The notes under the pieces are model-generated. The model made no database searches and had not been told where the DNA came from. It saw only the letters and a program-made list of their open reading frames with translations. This document shows, in pieces, positions 47,344-55,429 of a stretch of 64,000 nucleotides of DNA (position 1 is its first letter; every line of letters begins with the position of its first letter). The stretch spans positions 422 to 64,421 of the forward strand of contig CAIOAT010000050.1 of the NCBI GenBank assembly GCA_903856085.1. Direction: 5' to 3'. The DNA is from Candidatus Omnitrophota bacterium. GTDB lineage: Bacteria; Omnitrophota; Omnitrophia; Omnitrophales; Aquincolibacteriaceae. Made by a program: the position numbers and the translations under genes.

Positions 47344-50300
47344 TTACTTTTTAATTTTCACTTCTTCTTCGATCAGCCCTGCTTTTTTGTCGTCTTCAAG
47401 AATTTCTTCAAGAATGATCGGGAGTTTCCACTTTTCAATGCGGCAAACCGTATCGTAAGGACAAAAGGATTCACAGTCCCGTGGCCGCACCGGGACCTTG
47501 GACTCTTCAATCTCTTTGACGAACTTTCTAACGAATACTAACGACCGGGCCAGGACCTTTTGGAACACTTCATCCGGGAGCTGGGACCGGGAAGAAAACT
47601 CTTTTTCGAACAACTGAGCGATTCCTTCGCAGTAAAAACCGCTCCGCTTAGGATCGCGAATGGAATAGATCTCGGCACCAAGCGGCATAAACCCCAGCTG
47701 TTTTTGCACAGCCAGAAGATAAAGCGGTAGCTGAAGCGCGGTCCCAAGCGCTAGATTCGCGGCCTTGAACTTTGCGGATCGCTTGTAATCGATCACCACG
47801 GCGAACTTCTTCCCCGCGTCCGTATCGATCCGGTCCACGCGCCCGCGCAATTTTATTTTTCCGCCTTTCCCTTCGTCGTCGATCTCAAGCGCCGGCCGAT
47901 CATTTTCCCCGAAATCTCCGAAAGAATATTCCACACGGCACGGTTTGAATGGAGAACTTCTCAATCTCTCAGTCTCATAGTTGATAAAATTCAAAAGCAT
48001 CTCGAACAATTCACGGCGATCAAGAGCTTCCTCGTAGGGCTCCGTCCATATCATGGGATGCTGCCTCAGGCCTTCCTCCATTTCGCGGCCGATGAATGCT
48101 TCAAGAGCTTCCTCCGGATTTTTCTTTTTTTTCGGATCAAAATATTGTTGGAGCACATGATGCAGGATGCTTCCTTTTTGCATCGCCCGGATATCTCCGC
48201 CTTCATCTTTCAACTTGAGAACTTTGTCGGCAAAATAACGGAAAGGACATTTAGCATAAGTCTCAAGTCGCGTCGGGCTCGTTTCAGGGATCTCAAAATA
48301 TCCTCCTTTTAGGATCCTCTCATCCAAGATCTTCGCCTCAACAGGCTTCAAAGCGGAAAGCAAACGGTCACGGCTTTGCGGATCTCCGGAAAGTTGCTCC
48401 AACGCCTCGCGCACATCAACCTCCCGGCCCCTCGTATTTCGAAGAGCGCCGACGACTGAAGCTTCCAACTCCCGCCGCGTAATCGCCTCGCTAGCCGCGG
48501 GGAAAGGTCGCGAAAGGTCCTGGCGTATCACAGGAACTTTATTCTCAAAGAGATCTTTCACTTCTTCAAGGTAGAAGGATGGCAGGGATTCTTTCCCTTC
48601 AAAGTCCAGATGAGGATAACTTAAAAAGAGCCGCTCCTTTGCTCGTGTGATCGCCAAATAAAAAAAGAATCTCTCGATATTCTGCCGGGGCAGACACTCA
48701 GCAAGCGGATGCTTCATGCCGCCATTCATCAACTTCCGCTCCCAATCCGAGAGCAGCGGATCTTCTCGAACTTGCATGGGGAACACTTTTTCAAGGAGGC
48801 CTGCCACGAATACAACCTTATATTCTTTCTGCCGGGCCAGCGAGACGTCGTAAACCTGCACGCGGTTCTTGTCGCGTTCGTGAAGTGAATACACATCCAA
48901 TTCCACAAGACCTAGGAAATGGTCCGAAAAACTTTCAAAAGAGATCTCTGAAACCTTGGCTTTCATGAAATAACTTTGGATTTCATCAAGCAAAGCCTCA
49001 AACCTTTTGACGCAAGCCGCATCTCGACGCGTAAAAGATGTGTAGCAGTCGCTCACTTCCAGAATCCCAAAAGTGTCATACACCGCCCGCTTGAAAATCC
49101 GGATATGCTCTTCCGCAGTCTTTGCCGTCCGGAACCGGTCCTCAAGTTCCATGAGGGCCTGAAGGGTTTCCTCCTTGCGCTGATTGAATACGGAAAGCCC
49201 CTCGGGTTCTCCCCGCTTCCAAGCCAAAAGCCAGGCATCGCGCGTGCCTGCAACGCCTTCCAGGAACGACCGCCGTTCAAACTCGACGAGCCACTCATCG
49301 TCTTTGGCCTTGCCCTGGCATCTGTTTTTTTCTGTTTGAAGGTTGCCAAGGCTATTCCAATCAACCTCTGGACCTTTTGATTGAGAAGTGGAATTGTCTT
49401 TTCCAAAGCGACGCGTATAGCCCGACTTCAGGAAAGCGAAAACATCCTCCCGCTGCCAAGCATTACGGAAAATGGAAAGAAGCGACACTGTCGCGGCGAT
49501 CCAAGAAGAGAATTTCAAACGATCGCGTTCATGGATCTCCGCCGGGATCCCATAACGCGAGAAGACCGAGGCAATGACCGGCGCGTAATGCCGGATCTGG
49601 CGAAACAGCACCGCAAAATCGCTGTAGCGATAATCCCCTGTTGCATAAAGCTTGTGGATCTGACGCGCGATGAGCTCGATCTCGCCTTCGGTCCCAATAG
49701 CATCAAGCATCACGATTTCCTGCCCCGGTTCCGGCACCGGGCTTGAATACTTTTGAGTGAAAATATTTTTCTGAAGAAACAGAAGCGCCTTCTTTTCCGT
49801 GCGGTACGATTGCGGTTTCATGGTTTGCACCTTAAAACCGATCTTCTCAAGATCCTGCTGGGTCCGGCTCACCGCCTCGAAGGCGTCCTCTCGGTCTTGG
49901 TTTGGATCCTCTTGGGTAAGCGTGATCGTGATGTTCTCCGTGATTGCGGAAAGCTCCCGGAGATATTCCAGCTGAAGGTTGGAAAAATCGAAGAACCCGT
50001 CGATCCAAATCGCCTTGAAGCGCGCGGTCAAAGGCTCTGTCTTTGTTTTGCGTTCCCGAAAAATACGGAGAGCATCCTGCCCGTCCCTGAGTCTCCGGGT
50101 TTCCAACTGGGCCTCATACTGTTCATAGAAATCGGCAAGCGCTTCATACTTCACGCCATAAGCCGGTTCAAAACCCTTGAGTGCGTTCATACGTTCACGA
50201 AAGATCTCTGGAGGGACACAGGATTCTTTAAGCTCAGAAATAAACTGCGCCATCAGGCCTAGGAATCCCGGCTGCTCAGACACTTCGGAAAAATAATCCC

Positions 50301-50610
50301 ACGCATTCTCGCGAATAAGATCTCGAACGATCATCGTGCGTGTCAGGCTGGAGGCCACGGGGATATCGTTCACTTGAAAAATATCACCTGCAAGCCGGGA
50401 AAGCGTCGTGACACGTTTGTGGAAAAATCCCTTGAGACCCCGCTGGATCAAAAGCGAAACCACGCGTTCGGTGTGTTCGGCGGAGGGAACCACGAAGAAA
50501 AGATCAGCAGCAAGCGGATCGGCTGCCTTTGAAAGTGCGTCCCCAAAAGAATCGAGGAGCTCTTGCGTCTTCCCGCAACCCGCCGGGCCTACGAGAAGTA
50601 TCTTGGACAT
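47344..50610 (-). CDS. addB: AddB/RexB-like helicase-nuclease subunit (PD-(D/E)XK, Fe-S staple)
   Basis: GPAGCGKT, IDGFFDF, YLAITRAK, YAKCPF, GRVDRID, IDYK, QLPLY, CESFCPYDTVC. Confidence 0.85.
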   Translation of the reverse strand: MSKILLVGPAGCGKTQELLDSFGDALSKAADPLAADLFFVVPSAEHTERVVSLLIQRGLKGFFHKRVTTLSRLAGDIFQVNDIPVASSLTRTMIVRDLIRENAWDYFSEVSEQPGFLGLMAQFISELKESCVPPEIFRERMNALKGFEPAYGVKYEALADFYEQYEAQLETRRLRDGQDALRIFRERKTKTEPLTARFKAIWIDGFFDFSNLQLEYLRELSAITENITITLTQEDPNQDREDAFEAVSRTQQDLEKIGFKVQTMKPQSYRTEKKALLFLQKNIFTQKYSSPVPEPGQEIVMLDAIGTEGEIELIARQIHKLYATGDYRYSDFAVLFRQIRHYAPVIASVFSRYGIPAEIHERDRLKFSSWIAATVSLLSIFRNAWQREDVFAFLKSGYTRRFGKDNSTSQSKGPEVDWNSLGNLQTEKNRCQGKAKDDEWLVEFERRSFLEGVAGTRDAWLLAWKRGEPEGLSVFNQRKEETLQALMELEDRFRTAKTAEEHIRIFKRAVYDTFGILEVSDCYTSFTRRDAACVKRFEALLDEIQSYFMKAKVSEISFESFSDHFLGLVELDVYSLHERDKNRVQVYDVSLARQKEYKVVFVAGLLEKVFPMQVREDPLLSDWERKLMNGGMKHPLAECLPRQNIERFFFYLAITRAKERLFLSYPHLDFEGKESLPSFYLEEVKDLFENKVPVIRQDLSRPFPAASEAITRRELEASVVGALRNTRGREVDVREALEQLSGDPQSRDRLLSALKPVEAKILDERILKGGYFEIPETSPTRLETYAKCPFRYFADKVLKLKDEGGDIRAMQKGSILHHVLQQYFDPKKKKNPEEALEAFIGREMEEGLRQHPMIWTEPYEEALDRRELFEMLLNFINYETERLRSSPFKPCRVEYSFGDFGENDRPALEIDDEGKGGKIKLRGRVDRIDTDAGKKFAVVIDYKRSAKFKAANLALGTALQLPLYLLAVQKQLGFMPLGAEIYSIRDPKRSGFYCEGIAQLFEKEFSSRSQLPDEVFQKVLARSLVFVRKFVKEIEESKVPVRPRDCESFCPYDTVCRIEKWKLPIILEEILEDDKKAGLIEEEVKIKK
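49304..49404 (-). repeat. Family 1 copy C, in-frame insertion within addB
   Basis: GACAATTCCACTTCTCAATCAA-12-TTGATTGGAATA GCCTTGGC-25-GCCAGGGC; encodes DNSTSQSKGPEVDWNSLGNLQTEKNRCQG. Confidence 0.7.
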
Positions 50611-50693
50611 ATCCTAGCCTAATTTTCTTCTAACCGACGGTTGCCAGGACTCGCCCCATTAACCTTTGAATTATTCAACGGAGAATTGGACAT
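50608..50693 (-). repeat. Family 1 copy B, filling the queD-addB spacer; contains a 24-aa ORF (50619-50693)
   Basis: ATGTCCAATTCTCCGTTGA-12-TTAATGGGGCGA GTCCTGGC-24-GCTAGGAT ATG; MSNSPLNNSKVNGASPGNRRLEEN*. Confidence 0.8.
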
Positions 50694-50699
50694 GAGCGT

Positions 50700-51101
50700 T
50701 TAGGCTTCGAAGACCGCGCAGCTATCCTGATTCTCCCAAAGCGTGACCTTGGAGACCGGAAGTTTCATGGCGCGCGCCTGACGAAAGATCCACCGGGCGA
50801 GCATCTCCGCGGTCGGATTCTCTCCCACGAGCACCACGGGCTCTCCGGCTTTCTTGAGGAGTTTTGCGAGCGGGTCTTTGCTCCAAAGGATCATCTTGTG
50901 ATCCAGATTCCGGTCGATCCATTCTCCGATCGTCCGTTTGATGTCAAAAAAATCTACGACCATCCCCTTGGCATTGAGTTTCGCACTCGCCATCTCGATC
51001 TCCACGCGCGCGCTGTGGCCGTGAAGATGCGAGCACTTGTCATGACCGCCCAAAAGCCGGTGTCCGTAATTAAAGTGGATCATTTTCGCGACTTTAAACA
51101 T
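50700..51101 (-). CDS. queD: 6-carboxytetrahydropterin synthase (PTPS family)
   Basis: GHRL...CSHLHGH, MVVDF, LDHK, NPTAE, LWEN; start set at ATG 51101. Confidence 0.9.
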   Translation of the reverse strand: MFKVAKMIHFNYGHRLLGGHDKCSHLHGHSARVEIEMASAKLNAKGMVVDFFDIKRTIGEWIDRNLDHKMILWSKDPLAKLLKKAGEPVVLVGENPTAEMLARWIFRQARAMKLPVSKVTLWENQDSCAVFEA

Positions 51102-51276
51102 AGCTTGATTCCCCCGAAAGCGGTTGCTGAAATGATGACGCGAGGCATTATGGCCGATTTTCTCTGACAAGTAAACCCCCTCAGGACGGACCGAGGTTCC
51201 CGGTTGTAAAGAAAAGGGATGCGGTTATAATGACTCGCGTCTTTGAACACATTCACAGCTTAAAGGGAAATCGGTC

Positions 51277-52275
51277 ATGACGACCCGTCGGGAAAAACTG
51301 CGCCAACGATTCATTGCATTCCGATTGAAATTTGCGGGACACATGCAAAAAATCCGTCCCCGTGTCGCGTTCAAGATCCTCGCCGGCATCGTGATCCTCT
51401 TCCCCTGGCTGGTCAGCTCTCTCATCGTGAGTTTCTTCAAGGTCGCCCACTGGCGCAAGATCGCGACGTGTCAAGCCTTCCTCAAACGTCATGCACTGGC
51501 CTTCGACGGCATCGATCCGAAAACTCTAACCGTAGAGTCCATTTCAGGAGGCGTCAGCAATTCCAATCAGATTTGGCGCTGTCGCAAAACCACGGGAGAA
51601 GAGGTCCTCTATTTCGTAAAGATCTTCCTCGATGCCGGCAGTTTCTGGGCCAAGCATCTCAGCTTTGTCAGCCCCTTCCCTTCCATTTACGGCGGAAAAA
51701 CCCATGAGCGATTCACGGTCGATATGATCAGCCGAGTCCAGCTCGACAAGATCGGCGTCCCAGTCCCGCGACTCATTGCCTATGACGCAGTCGAAAAGGT
51801 CATGGTCACCGAGCACATCGAAGGAGAAACTGTCGATTCCATCCTGGAGCGGATCGGCGAACGCCAAGCGCTGGGTCCCGGAGATGAAGCCGTGATCCGG
51901 CAATCCGCGATCGGCCTGGCCAGGATCCACCGGGCGGGTTTTTCACTGATCGATACCCAGCCCGTCAATTGCATTTGGGTGCCCGTGGAGCAGAAAGTCT
52001 ATTTCACGGACCTGGAGTTCTGCGGCAGGCAGGATAAACGAGTGTGGGACATCGGATTTTTTCTGTGTTTCATAGCGATACGGCTTTCCGGCGCGGTCCG
52101 GCAGGAGGTACGCAATATTTTTCTGGAAAGCTACCAAAAAGAACGCCAGGTCGATCTCGCCCAGGTCACTGAGACCGGTCTCCAACTTCAAGAATATATG
52201 CCCGTCTTTCAAGCCGTCTTGGATATCCGCCGCTTCACCCCCGAAGAACTCTTCGAAGGTCTTATCTCCACCTAG
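51277..52275 (+). CDS. Atypical protein-kinase-like (RIO/Kdo/APH fold) membrane-anchored protein
   Basis: N-terminal TM, ISGGVSN, FVK, VPVPRL, TEHIEG, LARIH, D.QP.N, DLE. Confidence 0.7.
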   Translation: MTTRREKLRQRFIAFRLKFAGHMQKIRPRVAFKILAGIVILFPWLVSSLIVSFFKVAHWRKIATCQAFLKRHALAFDGIDPKTLTVESISGGVSNSNQIWRCRKTTGEEVLYFVKIFLDAGSFWAKHLSFVSPFPSIYGGKTHERFTVDMISRVQLDKIGVPVPRLIAYDAVEKVMVTEHIEGETVDSILERIGERQALGPGDEAVIRQSAIGLARIHRAGFSLIDTQPVNCIWVPVEQKVYFTDLEFCGRQDKRVWDIGFFLCFIAIRLSGAVRQEVRNIFLESYQKERQVDLAQVTETGLQLQEYMPVFQAVLDIRRFTPEELFEGLIST

Positions 52276-52309
52276 GACCATGAACCCATAAACCAAAACG
52301 AGAACAGTA

Positions 52310-52762
52310 CTAGAACTCCGCTCCAAGCCAGTTCACCCACTGCCGTTTCTTAGGAAACGCAAGCGCGAATCCCGTGAATGAAACAATCGCAAACGGGATA
52401 AAATCGTAAGCCCGTCTGCCGAAGAAGATGAGGATCAATCCCAAGAGAAGCGACAGTTGAGCCCCTGCATTCATCAAAACCGTTCTCCCAAGAAGCTTTT
52501 GCGGCGGGCGCTCTGTATCAGGAAATGAGTCGAGCATTCGGTGGCTTAACTGCCCCACGGCGAAAATCCCAAGAACCGAAATGGCCAATGCTCCATACTT
52601 AACAAATGGATAGATTTGAGCATTCAACATCGGGGCACCCGTCCTCCCCGTTCGGATCAAATAATACCCCATTCCCCCGTACACCACGACCAAAGTCGCC
52701 ATCGAGATCGTCATCTTCTGCGCTTGAAAGTAAAGCTTCTTCGCCATTTCTATCCGGTCCAT
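52310..52762 (-). CDS. Hypothetical 4-TM protein
   Basis: AAAGGAG SD; four hydrophobic helices ending FPK...W. Confidence 0.7.
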   Translation of the reverse strand: MDRIEMAKKLYFQAQKMTISMATLVVVYGGMGYYLIRTGRTGAPMLNAQIYPFVKYGALAISVLGIFAVGQLSHRMLDSFPDTERPPQKLLGRTVLMNAGAQLSLLLGLILIFFGRRAYDFIPFAIVSFTGFALAFPKKRQWVNWLGAEF

Positions 52763-52786
52763 AACATTTCTCCTTTGTTTCGGGAA

Positions 52787-53947
52787 CTAGTCTTCGCTCT
52801 GCAAAGGCCTTTCGAGAGCCACGTTTTCGAGAAGGCTACCATAGTGAAAGACGGCACACAGACCGCTTCCCGAAGCTTCACAGGACCGGAACTCCTTTTC
52901 GAAGATCTCCGGTGAATGCACCAGCTTGTAGGCGCCGACGGCGAAATACAACCGTTTGAGATCCGATACTTTGGTCTTGGCAACCCCGATCCACCGTTCA
53001 TATTCCTTGGGATCCGCCGAATAATTCATGACCGTCACGAAATCCACAAGACCTTTGTTAAGCCAGGAAGGCCAATCCTGGAACGCCTCCTGAAGCGCCC
53101 GATCGTAGGACATGCACCCGGTCGCGGAGACCCGGATCTTGGAACGGACGGAGCGGGCACTTTGAATGAGAAGCTTTAAGAGTTCCGTCACCTGGGCGCG
53201 TTTCCAGTCACTCCAGGCTCGACTCCCTTCTCGGACTTTCTTAAGACCGGTCGATTTTTTAAACCGATCTATGTTGGCAGGTGTATAGCCGTATCGCGGA
53301 TGACTATCCGGATAACGAATATAATCAAATTGAATGCCGTCGAGTTCCGGATAGCCCCGAACGATCTCCTCCACCATCGAGACAAGTTCTTTTCGCACCC
53401 GCATGTCCCCCGGTTCGAGAAAATACTGGTTGTCGATTTTGTAGTCCGCAAGCGTCTTTTTCTCCTCAAGATTCCGCGTCAGGATATCGGGCCCGTATTT
53501 TTTAAGGATCGGAGCGGCCTCATTCGTACTGAGACTCAGCATATTGAGCCAGGCGTACACCTCGATCCCCGCGCTATGCGCCTCCTTGATCAGAAACGCG
53601 AAGGGATCTTCCTTCAACGTCTTTAAAGCAGCTTCATACGGCGCGGAGTCGCCGACCTGGGAAGAAAACCATGCCTGATTCGCACGATAGATCTGAACAA
53701 AGAGAATCTTGATCTTGGCTTGCTGCGCGAAACGGATGAGCTTCATCATGGCCTCACGGCTTGAAAGCGTCGGCGGATCCTGGATCAGGGAGACGAAAAG
53801 ACCACGAGAAGAGGTACCTCCCCCGGAAGGAATATCAAAACTTCCCCGGGAGTCACTAGACGCAGGAGGCGCCAAGTGTTCGCATCTCACGGGAGCTTGA
53901 AACATGACGAGCAGGCACAGGACAAAAACTAAGATTCTTTTTTTCAT
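52787..53947 (-). CDS. Glycoside hydrolase-like family 10 (GHL10/DUF187) protein
   Basis: RGLFV, DPF...AH..GIEVYAW, DGIQFDYIRYP, QDW..W...G.VD. Confidence 0.85.
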   Translation of the reverse strand: MKKRILVFVLCLLVMFQAPVRCEHLAPPASSDSRGSFDIPSGGGTSSRGLFVSLIQDPPTLSSREAMMKLIRFAQQAKIKILFVQIYRANQAWFSSQVGDSAPYEAALKTLKEDPFAFLIKEAHSAGIEVYAWLNMLSLSTNEAAPILKKYGPDILTRNLEEKKTLADYKIDNQYFLEPGDMRVRKELVSMVEEIVRGYPELDGIQFDYIRYPDSHPRYGYTPANIDRFKKSTGLKKVREGSRAWSDWKRAQVTELLKLLIQSARSVRSKIRVSATGCMSYDRALQEAFQDWPSWLNKGLVDFVTVMNYSADPKEYERWIGVAKTKVSDLKRLYFAVGAYKLVHSPEIFEKEFRSCEASGSGLCAVFHYGSLLENVALERPLQSED

Positions 53948-53965
53948 CGGAAGAAGTTCGGCCGC

Positions 53966-55360
53966 TTACGCACCGCGGCCGATCACTTTAAGGAACGCGC
54001 TCACGACATCCGGACGGAACTGAGTGCCGGTCGCACGTTTGATCTCGCTCACCGCAGCCTCCAGCGTCAACGACTTACGGTAGGGTCTGTCCGAGGTCAT
54101 GGCATCGTAGGCATCCGAAATGGAAACGATCTGGGCCGGCAGGTCGATCGCGTCTCCCGTGAGTCCGTCCGGATAACCTTTCCCGTCCACGCGTTCATGA
54201 TGCGAACGTATAACGCGAAGAAGTTCCCCGTCCAAAACCGGCTCGAGGATCTTTTCGCCGGTCACGGGATGATCCTTCAGAATATCCCATTCCGCGGGCG
54301 CCAATTTCTCTTTTTTATTCAGGATATCTTCCCGGATCACGAGCTTCCCGATATCGTGAAGCTCTGCGACGCACCCGATAAGTTCCGCTTTTTCAGGGCT
54401 CATGTTCATCTCCAACGCAAGCTTACGTGCCAGATTCGCCACACGCTCGGAATGACCCTGCGTGTAGGGATCCTTAGCCTCGAGAGCCCGCACAAGCGAC
54501 TGCGTGACCTTGAAAAAATAATTTTCCAATCGCTTCCGAGACTCGGAAAGGCTCTCGGCCATCTTGTTAAATGAATCTGCGAGTTCTCCTATCTCATCGC
54601 GCGACCGCACCTTGACCCGATAATCAAAATTATCCCCGGCCAACTGCCGCGTACCCTCGGCAAGTTTCCGTATCGGATCCGAGACGCTCCCGGAGATCAA
54701 TATCCCAAGCACGCAGCAGACTAGAACCCCCAAAAGAAGCGATACCACCATACGTGTTTTAATCTCCTGCTGCATCTTCGCAATATCATCCGCCAGAATA
54801 TCCACACCCAGGATCGCTACCGTCTTCCCATCCACATCCACGATCGGAGCATAACCTGAAAGAGTCACCCCCCACGGATCCATCTGGAGCTTATGATCCG
54901 CGGAAGGAGCTTTGAAGCCCGCCAGCATCTCCGGAAACCGTCTCGCGTCATAGAGATCCCCCGGTCGGGCAGTGCTTAGCTTGGGGGTTTCCACACCCAT
55001 CGGATCGGTGTCGACGATAAATTGCAAAATCCCCCGGCTCTTGGTCTGCGCAAGGATATAGATATATTGGACCGGCGCGTTCAGATCGCGGGCTTTCCGG
55101 AGCCTTTCGCTCACATCACGGTAAGCGGAACTGTAGACCCCCTCTCTTGTTAAGGGGATCTTTTGAAGTGTGTCCGCATCCACGGCCAAAGCGGCTGTCC
55201 GGGCGATCATTTTCAATGAATTACGGAGTTGTTCGAAATGAGAATTAAGATTATAGCGGAGAACCAAGAAGTTATTCAGCCCCACCACAAAGACCATGGC
55301 AAGGATCAGGACGAGCGTCACTTTGGTTTTAAAACTGTAGAAAAAAGAACGTCCTTTCAT
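53966..55360 (-). CDS. HD-GYP phosphodiesterase with periplasmic sensor and HAMP
   Basis: KDPYT.GHSERV, LHDIGK, HHERVDGKGYPDGL, DAYDAMTSDRPYR. Confidence 0.93.
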   Translation of the reverse strand: MKGRSFFYSFKTKVTLVLILAMVFVVGLNNFLVLRYNLNSHFEQLRNSLKMIARTAALAVDADTLQKIPLTREGVYSSAYRDVSERLRKARDLNAPVQYIYILAQTKSRGILQFIVDTDPMGVETPKLSTARPGDLYDARRFPEMLAGFKAPSADHKLQMDPWGVTLSGYAPIVDVDGKTVAILGVDILADDIAKMQQEIKTRMVVSLLLGVLVCCVLGILISGSVSDPIRKLAEGTRQLAGDNFDYRVKVRSRDEIGELADSFNKMAESLSESRKRLENYFFKVTQSLVRALEAKDPYTQGHSERVANLARKLALEMNMSPEKAELIGCVAELHDIGKLVIREDILNKKEKLAPAEWDILKDHPVTGEKILEPVLDGELLRVIRSHHERVDGKGYPDGLTGDAIDLPAQIVSISDAYDAMTSDRPYRKSLTLEAAVSEIKRATGTQFRPDVVSAFLKVIGRGA

Positions 55361-55429
55361 CAACACCTCTCTTTGTAAAACCCAGACCTTTTAAAAAAAT
55401 TTTCCAGGACAACCGGAAGCGTTCAAAGA

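Noticed and set aside
20474-50610. Anti-phage defence island built from the helicases and nuclease
   Set aside because: The genes are dispersed among housekeeping genes, have host-like composition and match housekeeping families (IGHMBP2-like, HelY, AddB).
50700-51101. queD as part of a 7-deazaguanine DNA-modification (dpd) cluster
   Set aside because: No dpdA/tgt, queC, queE or folE nearby.
51102-51200. preQ1 riboswitch upstream of queD
   Set aside because: No preQ1 stem-loop with A-rich tail visible.
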